59,525 nt of DNA from IMG/VR virus record IMGVR_UViG_3300037234_000303, positions 1 through 59,525 of that record. One strand, 5' to 3'. Position numbers and translations under genes: made by a program. Positions 7,800-17,032 of this stretch are shown piece after piece; the stretch's first letter is position 1, and each line of letters begins with the position of its first letter. Under the pieces are notes generated by a model. That model did no database searches. It worked only from the letters and a program-made list of their open reading frames with translations, and was not told the DNA's origin. The stretch is from a virus (Duplodnaviria > Caudoviricetes).

Positions 7800-9989
7800 A
7801 TGGCAAGTGATTATTCGCAAGTGCAGGAACAGCTAGACCGGTATGTCTACGGACGGGACAACGGTCACACAGAATACTCCGTCAAAGCCCGAATGTGCGA
7901 GGATTTCTTCGAGGGCAAGCAATGGGACGCGGAAGCCAAGGCGAAGCTGGCCCGGGTGCGTAGGCCGGCACTCACCTTCAACAAGATCCTCCCGTCCTGT
8001 GCCGCCATCTTCGGCGAGCACCTGAACAACCAAGCCGACATCGGCTACAAGGCTATCAAGAACGGATCGCAGGAGACAGCCGACGTGCTGGGCCGCCTGA
8101 CCGTCCAGATCAACAACGCCAACGAGATGCATTGGACCGAATCGGAGTTGTTCGCCGACGGGATCATCACCAGCCGGGGCTTCTTGGATGCCCGGATGAA
8201 TTGGGACACAAACATTTTTGGCGAGGTTGACATCAATCTGGCCAACCCGCGCAACGTGGTCATCGACCCAGACGCCGAGGCATATGACCCTGACCAGTGG
8301 AAAGACGTCATTACCAGCAAGTGGCTGAGCGAGAGTGACATCATCATGCTGTACGGCAAAGCGGCAGCGCAGGAGCTGACAGGCAAATCGTCCAGCGGAC
8401 AGTACCTTGGGTACGACTTCATGGACACGCGCCCCGACACCTTCGGCGGCGAGTCCCGCCGGTACCCGGATAGCAGCCAGAAATTCGCCCGTAGGTGGCG
8501 TCAACTCGAGCGCCAGTTCAAGACCATCCGGCGCATGGAGCACTTCGTTGACATGGTCAGCGGCGAGACCCGGATTATCCCCGAGGGCATGCCCCGCGAG
8601 AAGATTCAGCTCATCATGCAGGAGTTCAACGTGCAGGTGATGACCCGGAACGCCGAGGTAATCGACTGGCGGGTCACCGTGGACGACCAGATGGTCCACG
8701 ACGAGCAGAGCCCGTACCAATACTTCACGGTCATACCGTTCTTCCCGTTTTTCCGCCGGGGCCGCACCATTGGGCTGGTGGAGAACATGATCGACCCGCA
8801 GGAGCTCTACAACAAGGTTCGCTCACAGGAACTGCATATCGTCAACACCACAGCCAACAGCGGCTGGAAGGTCAAGACCGGTACGCTCCAGAACATGAGC
8901 ATCGAGGATCTTGAGGAACGTGGTGCAGAGACCGGCCTCATCGCCGAGCTCAGCGACGTCAACGACATGGAGAAGATCACGCCCAACACCGTACCAACGG
9001 GTATGGATCGGATCAGCTTCAACGCTGCGACCGACCTGAAAGAAATCTCCATGGCTTCTGACAGCATGCGAGGATTTGATCGGGCAGACGTGGCGGCCAA
9101 GGCCATCCAAGCCAAGCAGGCACAGGGCAGCACGAACTACACCAAGGTGTTCGACAACCTGAACTACACGCGCAGGCTTCTGGCCAAGCGGGTGCTGAGC
9201 ATGGTGCAGACCTTCTACGTGGAACCCCGCATATTACATATAACGGGCAACAACCCCGGTCAGGACGATGAAGTCATCTCCCTGAACGAGGTAACTCCGG
9301 AGGGTAAGGTAGCCCGGGACTTGACAGTAGGCGAGTATGAGGTCACAGTATCGTCCATACCAGCCCGCGAGACCTTCGAGGAAAGCCAGTTTGACCAAGC
9401 AGTTCAGCTGCGCGAACTCGGCGTTGACATCAAGGACGAGATTCTCGTTGAGAACTCACACCTCGCTCGCAAGCACGAAATCGCCAAGGAGATTTCTGGT
9501 GAGCCAACAGAGGAAGAAGCAGCATTGCAGTCAGAACTCGCCGAGCTCGAAGTGGAAGCCAAGCGTCTCGAGAACCGCAAGTCTGCTGCCGAGCAGAAGA
9601 AGACCGAGGCCGAGGCTGCTCTTACGCTTATTCGGGCTCAGCAGACCGCGCTCGAGGATCCCAACGGGGCGGAAGGCAAGGCTGCTGATGACGACATCCG
9701 CTTGGTAGAGGCCGAGGCCGACCGGGTCGAGCAGATCGCCAAGCTCAGCCTCGACAAGTACGAGATCGACAAGAAGCTGGAAATCGAGCGCGAGAAACTG
9801 GTACTCAAGCGCGAGGAGATTCGCCTCAGTGAGCTATCCATACGGAACGAGGCTATCGCCTCCGCACGGGATGCGAAGCAAAAGGCAATAGACTCGAAAG
9901 AGAAGGCTGCCGCCGATAAGGCGAAAGCAAAGGAATCAAGTAAGGGGGCGTCAGAATCGTCTGGCAAACCGAAGGAAGGAGCTAAATAA
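7800..9989 (+). CDS. Portal protein (P22-like) with coiled-coil C-terminus
   Basis: F..G.QW, RP.LTFN.I, DPQ..YN motifs; position after TerL. Confidence 0.9.
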   Translation: MASDYSQVQEQLDRYVYGRDNGHTEYSVKARMCEDFFEGKQWDAEAKAKLARVRRPALTFNKILPSCAAIFGEHLNNQADIGYKAIKNGSQETADVLGRLTVQINNANEMHWTESELFADGIITSRGFLDARMNWDTNIFGEVDINLANPRNVVIDPDAEAYDPDQWKDVITSKWLSESDIIMLYGKAAAQELTGKSSSGQYLGYDFMDTRPDTFGGESRRYPDSSQKFARRWRQLERQFKTIRRMEHFVDMVSGETRIIPEGMPREKIQLIMQEFNVQVMTRNAEVIDWRVTVDDQMVHDEQSPYQYFTVIPFFPFFRRGRTIGLVENMIDPQELYNKVRSQELHIVNTTANSGWKVKTGTLQNMSIEDLEERGAETGLIAELSDVNDMEKITPNTVPTGMDRISFNAATDLKEISMASDSMRGFDRADVAAKAIQAKQAQGSTNYTKVFDNLNYTRRLLAKRVLSMVQTFYVEPRILHITGNNPGQDDEVISLNEVTPEGKVARDLTVGEYEVTVSSIPARETFEESQFDQAVQLRELGVDIKDEILVENSHLARKHEIAKEISGEPTEEEAALQSELAELEVEAKRLENRKSAAEQKKTEAEAALTLIRAQQTALEDPNGAEGKAADDDIRLVEAEADRVEQIAKLSLDKYEIDKKLEIEREKLVLKREEIRLSELSIRNEAIASARDAKQKAIDSKEKAAADKAKAKESSKGASESSGKPKEGAK

Positions 9990-11074
9990 TGGCTAAACAT
10001 GATGATGATATCGATTGGGACAATCCCAAAGCCGTTGCTGCTGCACGTGGCGATAACCCTGAGGATGAAGACGGGGTGAGGGAGAACCTCCACCGCACCG
10101 ACGCTGAACAGAAGGAAATCGACGACAAGGCAGAAGCGGACAAAATAGCGGACGACGAAGCCAAGGCTGACGCCAAGAAAGCCGATGAGGACAAGGCTGA
10201 CGACGACAAAAAGGCGGACAAGGACGCGGACAAGGACGCGGACAAGGACGCGGACAAGGACGCGGACACTGACGCGAAAGCCGATGATGACACCGACGCC
10301 AAAGCCGATGCTGCCAAGGAGGGCAAGAAGGAGACGATGATTCCAAAGGCTCGCTTCGATGCCAAGAACCGTCAGAACAAGGCACTGCAGGACCGGCTCG
10401 ACCAGATTGACCGGGACAAGGCTGCTGACGCCAAGGCCGCTACGAACGATGACGCCCGTGGCGTAATCGAGACCGAGTTGACCGAGCTGGACAAGGCGAT
10501 CAACAAAGCCATCTCCGACGACAAGATGGATGAGGCCGCAGCACTGCGCGGTGAGGTCCGTACCAAGGAGCGGGAACTCTGGCAGATGGATATGGACGAG
10601 TCCTCGGACAGCACCACCGACGCCGCCCGGGAGCAGGTTCGTCTGGACATGGCCATCGATCATATCGAAGCCACCCACGACGAGTTCAATCCGGACTCTA
10701 AGGGCTACTCACAGGAAGTTGTGGACAAGGTACAGGAACTGCGCAACGGGTTTGTTGCCACTGGCAGGTACAGCGCCACGCAGGCTCTGCTCCGCGCCAT
10801 GGACTTCGTCCTGCCGAAGAAGGCAATGGACGCCCCTGAGGACGACGCCGACCCGGATGCCAAGGCCAAAAAGGAAGATGAACTCCGCAGGACAGGGCTG
10901 AAGAAGGCCACCGACGCCGCCAACAAAACCCCGGCAGACGCCAAGGGTACGGGTGACGACTCAGACTCAGCTGGCCTGCAGGATACCATCAACGTCGATA
11001 AACTGTCGTACGAGGATATCGCTGCTCTACCCGAGGCTACTCTGAAACGGATGCGGGGCGACATACCGGCCTAA
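9989..11074 (+). CDS. Putative head scaffolding protein
   Basis: D/K/A-rich, IPKARFD motif, between portal and capsid. Confidence 0.75.
   Translation: MAKHDDDIDWDNPKAVAAARGDNPEDEDGVRENLHRTDAEQKEIDDKAEADKIADDEAKADAKKADEDKADDDKKADKDADKDADKDADKDADTDAKADDDTDAKADAAKEGKKETMIPKARFDAKNRQNKALQDRLDQIDRDKAADAKAATNDDARGVIETELTELDKAINKAISDDKMDEAAALRGEVRTKERELWQMDMDESSDSTTDAAREQVRLDMAIDHIEATHDEFNPDSKGYSQEVVDKVQELRNGFVATGRYSATQALLRAMDFVLPKKAMDAPEDDADPDAKAKKEDELRRTGLKKATDAANKTPADAKGTGDDSDSAGLQDTINVDKLSYEDIAALPEATLKRMRGDIPA
10211..10268 (+). repeat. 12-bp tandem repeat encoding (KDAD)n
   Basis: AAGGACGCGGAC about x4-5. Confidence 0.85.
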
Positions 11075-11079
11075 ACCGC

Positions 11080-11132
11080 TTGACAAGGACTCGCTCACGG
11101 CTTAGAATTCAATATATCGAAGCCGTGAGCGA
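11080..11132 (+). promoter_or_regulatory. sigma70 promoter overlapped by a 13-bp inverted repeat
   Basis: TTGACA-N17-TAGAAT; TCGCTCACGGCTT/AAGCCGTGAGCGA. Confidence 0.7.
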
Positions 11133-11265
11133 TACAGCGGGGCCCATCGTAACAGCCTGAAAAGAGTCGCATCTCGAATTGTTACACGATACGTAACTAC
11201 GTTGTAGAAACAATCCGAGCCACTGTACGTGGCATTATGCGATAATTTACAGGAGGGACTATAAT

Positions 11266-12411
11266 ATGTCCGCTACAAATTTTGCCAATCTGACCAGCCA
11301 CGAAAAAAAGGTTTGGTCTATGGACTTTTGGAACAAGGCTCGCAACATGTCTTTTCTGAACAAGTTCACCGGCGACTCTGAGGATTCACTCATCCAGCGC
11401 ATCACTGAGCTGAAGAAAGATGAGAAGGGTGCTCGCGCCGTCATTACGCTGGTTAACGACCTCGAAGGCGACGGTCGTGCCGGAGATCGTCAGCTGGCCG
11501 GTTACGAGGAAGCATTGACTTCCGAAGAGCAGGTCATCCAGATCGATCAGCTTCGCCACGCAAACCGGAACACCGGTCGCATGGCCGATCAGCGTACCAT
11601 CATCAACTTCCGCGAACAGTCTCGCAACAAGCTGGCCTACTGGCTGTCTGACCGCTACGACCAGATGGGTTTCTTAACCCTGTCGGGTGTTTCGTATGCA
11701 AGTCACACAAACGGTGCAGCTCGTGTCGGTTCTGACCTCGCACTGCTTGAGTTCGCAGCTGATGTTGTTGCCCCTACCAGCAATCGTCTGTTCACAGTCG
11801 ATAACGCTGTAACCAAGGGTCACATCTCGCTGACCAAGCTGAACAGTGACGCTACCTTTACGGTTGCGAACTCTGGCCTCAGCTGGCAGGCACTGGTTAA
11901 CCTGAAGGCAATGGCGAAAGAAATGTATGTTCGCCCCATCCGTACCAAGGATGGTGTTGACTTCTACCACGCATTCGTCACTCCGACTGCAATGGCCTCG
12001 CTGAAAACTGACTCTGATTTCATTCAGATGCAGCGGGATGCTGGCAAGCGCGGCGCGGGTAACGAGCTCTTCAAGGGCACCGACACGGTCTATGTAGATG
12101 GCATCGCCATCTCTGAATACCGTCACGTGTACAACACGAAGGGTCTCGCTTCTGGTTCACGCTGGAAGAATGACGGTACCGTTCATGGTTGTCGTGTTCT
12201 GTTCTGTGGCGCTCAGGCAATGGGCTTCGCCGATATTGGCACACCAACTTGGGTCGAAGAAGATCGCGATTTCGAGAACGTGAACGCTATTTCAACTGGC
12301 AAGATTTGTGGCTTCTTGAAGCCTCAGTTCGAAGGCAAGTTGACCGGCGGCATGGGTTCCGGGGTTGTTGAAGACTTCGGCGTAATCTGCCTCGATGTGG
12401 CAACCAACTAA
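11266..12411 (+). CDS. Major capsid protein (N4-gp56/DUF4043-like)
   Basis: IQRITEL...L.G.EE.L, IDQLRHA, LFCGAQA, DFGVI motifs; strong RBS. Confidence 0.88.
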   Translation: MSATNFANLTSHEKKVWSMDFWNKARNMSFLNKFTGDSEDSLIQRITELKKDEKGARAVITLVNDLEGDGRAGDRQLAGYEEALTSEEQVIQIDQLRHANRNTGRMADQRTIINFREQSRNKLAYWLSDRYDQMGFLTLSGVSYASHTNGAARVGSDLALLEFAADVVAPTSNRLFTVDNAVTKGHISLTKLNSDATFTVANSGLSWQALVNLKAMAKEMYVRPIRTKDGVDFYHAFVTPTAMASLKTDSDFIQMQRDAGKRGAGNELFKGTDTVYVDGIAISEYRHVYNTKGLASGSRWKNDGTVHGCRVLFCGAQAMGFADIGTPTWVEEDRDFENVNAISTGKICGFLKPQFEGKLTGGMGSGVVEDFGVICLDVATN

Positions 12412-12425
12412 GGAGGAATGACATC

Positions 12426-12857
12426 ATGGCTTTCGTTCCAAACACCAACAACATCCGTTCCGACGGTGCCCAGCGCAAGATGGTCGCCCGAGGTACGTTC
12501 ACACAGGCTGTACTGGGTGCCGCGTCTGCTGACGTAGCCGTAGTCGGTCTGCCCGAAGGCGCTGTTATCACGGACTGTCACTTGATTGTTGACGTTCTGT
12601 TTGACGGCACCACTCCAACCCTTACCGTTGAGGTTCTTGACCTCGATGGTGCGGACTTGACAGCAGCAGTTGTGCTGGACTCCACGCAGGCAGCTACCGC
12701 TGTCGGCCGGTTCTCCACGCCGATTGTTACTGGCATCGCACTGCCTGAACCTGCAGTCGTCACGGTTAAGAACGACGTGGCTGACAGTACCGTAGGCTCC
12801 GGCGCGGTGGAAGTAGAGTACTACGTCCAAGGCCGTTCGGACGAGAACGCAGACTGA
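12426..12857 (+). CDS. Putative capsid decoration/cement protein
   Basis: Beta-rich, LP.GAVI motif, directly after MCP, AGGAGG RBS. Confidence 0.6.
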   Translation: MAFVPNTNNIRSDGAQRKMVARGTFTQAVLGAASADVAVVGLPEGAVITDCHLIVDVLFDGTTPTLTVEVLDLDGADLTAAVVLDSTQAATAVGRFSTPIVTGIALPEPAVVTVKNDVADSTVGSGAVEVEYYVQGRSDENAD

Positions 12858-12876
12858 TCTGCTCTCGTAAGTAATG

Positions 12877-12904
12877 AAGGGAGCCCCACCCGGGGCTCCT
12901 TTTT
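12877..12904 (+). terminator. Rho-independent terminator
   Basis: GGAGCCCC-ACCC-GGGGCTCC-TTTTT. Confidence 0.85.
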
Positions 12905-12935
12905 ATAAGTACCACCAACAAAGAGGAACTGCACA

Positions 12936-13331
12936 ATGAGCGCACAAATGATGTACATGCCCAGAGACTTCGTCTTACATTCAAAATTCGGCCACGCGAT
13001 CCAGTTCGTAGCAAACGAACAGGTCCGAGTGCCGTACCCCGCCATCGACGAAGCAATTGCTATCGGTGCCGTGTTCGCCAACAAGGAAGACCAGAAGATC
13101 CTTGTGGACGAGAAACCAGAACTGAAGACTCCTGATCTGGGTTTCGAACGTGAGCAGAAGTTGTACGATGCCATGCACGAGGTCGCGAAGGAAAACGACC
13201 CTGACAAGTTTACTCCCGGCGGCAAGCCGAAGCTGTCAGTAGTGGTAGAGATGGTCGGTTACGATCTCGACCGGAAGGAAGTCGATACCGTGTGGAAGAA
13301 AGTGATGCAGAGCATTGCCAATGCCGCTTAG
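12936..13331 (+). CDS. Hypothetical head-associated protein
   Basis: 131 aa, FTPGGKP motif, synteny. Confidence 0.7.
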   Translation: MSAQMMYMPRDFVLHSKFGHAIQFVANEQVRVPYPAIDEAIAIGAVFANKEDQKILVDEKPELKTPDLGFEREQKLYDAMHEVAKENDPDKFTPGGKPKLSVVVEMVGYDLDRKEVDTVWKKVMQSIANAA

Positions 13332-13998
13332 TGCCGACAATCTTGTCGCAATATTTCGCTCTGATATGAGCGATCCGGAGCTCCCCGGTGACGGGGATGA
13401 CTCCGATTCATTATGGCTGGACAGTGAGATCAAAGACTGGCTGGCCGAAGCACAGAACGAATTGTGCGAGCGAGTAGACATTCTATTCGACGCCACCTCA
13501 TACAACATCGCGACTGTAGCGGGTAACTCCCTCTACGCGCTTGATGATGAGATTACCAAGATCCGCCGGGGCAAGGTTGCTGGTGGACGTACTTTGGAAG
13601 CAGTATCGGTGAAGGAGTTGCTGAGGCGCTACCAGCCCACCAGCTACGAGCTGACAATCACCGACTGGGAAGGCATGGTCGGGGAACCGAAGTACATCGT
13701 GACTGACTACGAGGTTGACACGGTGAAGCTGGTACCGGAGCCCGTTGAGATCGAGAACATCGAGCTGCATGTGTACAGGCTGCCGCAATCCACGAACATG
13801 GAAGTACCGAACAAATACAGGCGTGACCTTCTGCACAGGGCGAAGAACTTGGCCTACATGAAGGATGACGTAGATTCACAGGATTTGAACAAGGCCGCTT
13901 ACCACGAGGATCGTTGGGAAGGGGCAATACTTAGGATTGACAGGATGTTCAAGCGGCTCAACCGAGGGCCGCAGGTAGTAGCTTACGCGGGGTTGTAA
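13315..13998 (+). CDS. Putative head-tail adaptor
   Basis: W.D.EI..W..EAQ, L.P.P, AY.KDD; synteny. Confidence 0.65.
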   Translation: MPMPLSADNLVAIFRSDMSDPELPGDGDDSDSLWLDSEIKDWLAEAQNELCERVDILFDATSYNIATVAGNSLYALDDEITKIRRGKVAGGRTLEAVSVKELLRRYQPTSYELTITDWEGMVGEPKYIVTDYEVDTVKLVPEPVEIENIELHVYRLPQSTNMEVPNKYRRDLLHRAKNLAYMKDDVDSQDLNKAAYHEDRWEGAILRIDRMFKRLNRGPQVVAYAGL

Positions 13999-14471
13999 TG
14001 GCCAAGAAGAAGGTACCATACGGCAGAGGACTGGAACGAACGCTCGGCCCGAAAGCTCGGTTCGACAGGAATTTCAAACGTGTCGAACAACTGGTAGCCC
14101 GCGACCCCGAGTTCCGGGCCGGTGCAGCCGGTGCCGAACGCAGACAGAGCTTCCCGAAACGGGTGCTGGCCTCACAGGGCTTCCCCGACAGACGAGTAAA
14201 CCCCCAGCGCATCACTACGGCTCGCCCAAGGCGTGCGGCCGCCCCTAGGCGAGCTCAGGCAGTTCCACGAGCAGTGAGCGGCATAGGCAAAGCACTCCGG
14301 GTATCGCCAATAGCACTCGGGGCCGCAGCACTGCTCCAGCCGCGCGAGCTGGGAGATGCTACAAGAGGCACCCCGATGAACTCCCCGGCAGAGGTCAAGC
14401 GCATCCTCGCAGAGAGGCGTCGTCGTAAAGCACGTCGCATTCCAAGCGGTGTCGTGAGAGGCCTCCGGTGA
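13998..14471 (+). CDS. Highly basic Arg-rich protein (possible internal virion protein)
   Basis: TAATG coupling upstream, GTGA downstream; R/A/P-rich. Confidence 0.65.
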   Translation: MAKKKVPYGRGLERTLGPKARFDRNFKRVEQLVARDPEFRAGAAGAERRQSFPKRVLASQGFPDRRVNPQRITTARPRRAAAPRRAQAVPRAVSGIGKALRVSPIALGAAALLQPRELGDATRGTPMNSPAEVKRILAERRRRKARRIPSGVVRGLR

Positions 14472-15781
14472 CCAAGCAAATCAGGGAGAAGGATCTTGTT
14501 GAACTCACCTTTCCGCTCGGTAAGAATACCGTGGCGAAGGAAACCGACATGCCGGAAGGCTCAGCACGTGAGCTACTGAATGTCGATCTGACCAACACAG
14601 GCAAGCCCAGCCGTCGTAGGGGCTTCACATCAGTTTACTCCGGGGCTGGTATCCACAGCCTCGTCAGCACAAAGCAGCACTCTTTCTTCTGCGAGGGCAC
14701 AGAGCTCAAGCAGTTGTTACCTAATTTCACCGCTACATCTGTAAGGACGGGGCTCGACCCAGCCGTAGGACTCAGCTATGCGGAAGTGGACGGGCGTGTG
14801 TACTATGCAAACGGAAGCCAAAAGGGGGTGATCACAGAGGACGCCGTTAACGCTGAATGGGGCGTGGAAGCTCCGGTGGGGCAGCCTAACCTAGCCGTAA
14901 CAGCGGCTGGTGGACTCGATGCGGGAACGTATCAGGTTGCTATAACTTATGTCTCTGCGGCTGGGGAGGAGTCAGGTACGGGTCGTGCAGCCTTGCTTAC
15001 CCTTCCCAGCAGTGGGGGCATTCTAATTTCGGACATCCCGCAGAGCAGCGCGGATTCCTGTAATATCTACGTCAGCCCGGCAAACGGCGACGTACTGTAT
15101 CTGGTAAAGAACGTCCCTATGGGCACGGCAAGCACCACGGTACAGAGCACAATCAATTTCAGCAGGATGCTGGAAACCCAGTTTATGGAGGAGGTTCCCG
15201 CAGGCCACATCATTCGGCACTTCAAGGGTCGCATGTGGATGGCTGTTGGCGATCTCCTCGTCTTTACCCCATCCCTGAGATATGGGCTCTTTGACCCACG
15301 GCACACGTACTTCCGGTTTCCGGGCAAGATTACGATAGTGCAGCCCGTAGATGATGGAATCTTCGTGGTTTCGGGCGAGAAGACCTATTTCCTGCAGGGC
15401 ACGAATCCTAAAGACATGACGCAGAAGGTGGTGTATCATGAGGGGGCAGTGGAAGGTACCGGCATGTCCGTGCCTCCCAAGGTTCTCAAAGCGGACAACG
15501 ACCTATTGGCCGGGACCGATGCTGAGGACGTACCAGAGTACGTGGCCTATTGGTTCTCATCTGCCGGAGCCGTGTTCGGGTTCCCGGGTGGTACGATCAA
15601 GCCGGTCACTGAGGATAGGATTGCTGTATCGGAATATGGAAACGGTGCCACCCTGCTGCGCGAAGAGGGCGACACACGACAGTTGATTACAGCCTTAACC
15701 AATAAGGGCGATAGAGCAGGGTTTGGCGCGGTGGACACAGCAACTGCTGAGGTTCGTCGCAACGGGGTTGTATTAACTTAA
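14468..15781 (+). CDS. Putative tail/nozzle structural protein
   Basis: NVD....G...RR.G N-terminal motif, beta-rich, 437 aa. Confidence 0.6.
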   Translation: MTKQIREKDLVELTFPLGKNTVAKETDMPEGSARELLNVDLTNTGKPSRRRGFTSVYSGAGIHSLVSTKQHSFFCEGTELKQLLPNFTATSVRTGLDPAVGLSYAEVDGRVYYANGSQKGVITEDAVNAEWGVEAPVGQPNLAVTAAGGLDAGTYQVAITYVSAAGEESGTGRAALLTLPSSGGILISDIPQSSADSCNIYVSPANGDVLYLVKNVPMGTASTTVQSTINFSRMLETQFMEEVPAGHIIRHFKGRMWMAVGDLLVFTPSLRYGLFDPRHTYFRFPGKITIVQPVDDGIFVVSGEKTYFLQGTNPKDMTQKVVYHEGAVEGTGMSVPPKVLKADNDLLAGTDAEDVPEYVAYWFSSAGAVFGFPGGTIKPVTEDRIAVSEYGNGATLLREEGDTRQLITALTNKGDRAGFGAVDTATAEVRRNGVVLT

Positions 15782-15799
15782 ACTTAAGAGGTAATAGAA

Positions 15800-16402
15800 A
15801 TGATTAAAGGTATGAATGAACTGCAGCGCAAAGGGGCTGCCCGGGACATACGCAATGGCGCGTATGAATTTAACGAAGATAATGAGCTGTACCTGCCGAG
15901 ACAGAAGCTGCTTGTTGGTGGAGTATTTGGCTCTGAGGTTCGCCATGGTGGCGTGACTACTCAGGCATATGAGGAAGGCCCAAACATTATCTGTGACGAA
16001 GGCCTGAACCACATTCTGAACGCAGTTCTCCACGGTGAGACTCCAGTTGATCCATGGTACGTCGGTATCCACAAGGCGAACGTCGCCGTTGTTGCTGGAA
16101 CCACGGGTGCCACGGTATCGTCTGCCACCACCGAGATCGTGGGTTCGGATGTAGCTGAAACCGTTCGCGAGACATACGTGGAGGCCGAGTCTACTGCTGA
16201 GTCGCTCACCAACTCCGCGAGCAAGGCATCGTATACGAGTGCAGTTACCATGACCATTTATGGCGCATGGCTGATCTCGACAAGTGCTTTCGGTGACACC
16301 GCCGGTATTTTGCTGGCTGGTTCGTTGTTCGGTTCAAGTCGCCCACTCGTTGATCTTGACGAGCTGTTAGTGACTTACACCATCAACGCCACAAGCACGT
16401 AA
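15800..16402 (+). CDS. Putative tail protein
   Basis: N.I.DEGL...WYVGI, T/S/A-rich. Confidence 0.6.
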   Translation: MIKGMNELQRKGAARDIRNGAYEFNEDNELYLPRQKLLVGGVFGSEVRHGGVTTQAYEEGPNIICDEGLNHILNAVLHGETPVDPWYVGIHKANVAVVAGTTGATVSSATTEIVGSDVAETVRETYVEAESTAESLTNSASKASYTSAVTMTIYGAWLISTSAFGDTAGILLAGSLFGSSRPLVDLDELLVTYTINATST

Positions 16403-16411
16403 TCCCCTCTG

Positions 16412-17032
16412 ATGCCCGCACAGCATCAGACAGAGTATTGCCGCGTCGATCCAAAGACTGGTGGTATTCTGGAAGGCCCGATGGCATTGCCCCAAATCTG
16501 GGGCAATGTCAATGGGTTCTGTCACCTCCAAAGAAAAGAGTTAGCCAAGTATCGCTGGTACCCGGTCAAAGAGGACACCACGGTAGTCGTCGCGGAATAC
16601 AGATTGCTGTTCCTCCCTGAGAAGGAACTCGTCTTGAAGCTGCCTGCTGGCGGCGGGAATTACAAACCCAGCACCAAGCACACCATCAAAATGTTGTACC
16701 AGATGTTTGGGTTCTACATTACCCTGCCCTTTTACTCCGACGTAATGGGGGACACAACGTACAGTTTCCCGAACACACATTTCGAACAAAGGCATAGGCT
16801 GAATTGCATAGTTGCCGAGGCGGACTACACCTGCATGGCACAGACGCTCGGACACAAGGAAGTAAAAGTTACAGTGCCGTGTGACAAGATCAAGCGCCTT
16901 GTGAAGGACTCAGTATCTGAATACAACAAGCAGCTTGATAACTTGTTCGCTGGGCTTGAAGATATCCATAACGCCACGGACGCACAGTTGGTCGCCATCT
17001 TGGATACCAACCTATCGGACTACTATGGCTAA
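16412..17032 (+). CDS. Hypothetical protein, tail-fibre-assembly-like
   Basis: LP..WGN..GF...W.PV N-terminus; position in the tail module. Confidence 0.5.
   Translation: MPAQHQTEYCRVDPKTGGILEGPMALPQIWGNVNGFCHLQRKELAKYRWYPVKEDTTVVVAEYRLLFLPEKELVLKLPAGGGNYKPSTKHTIKMLYQMFGFYITLPFYSDVMGDTTYSFPNTHFEQRHRLNCIVAEADYTCMAQTLGHKEVKVTVPCDKIKRLVKDSVSEYNKQLDNLFAGLEDIHNATDAQLVAILDTNLSDYYG

Noticed and set aside
10211-10268. KDAD tandem repeat as a novel element
   Set aside because: Ordinary low-complexity linker in a scaffold protein.
5864-10678. Long antisense ORFs (5864-7006, 7833-8720, 9638-10678; also 35598-36506, 43234-44124, 47011-47823)
   Set aside because: Shadow frames of well-supported genes, explained by codon bias; no RBS or motifs.
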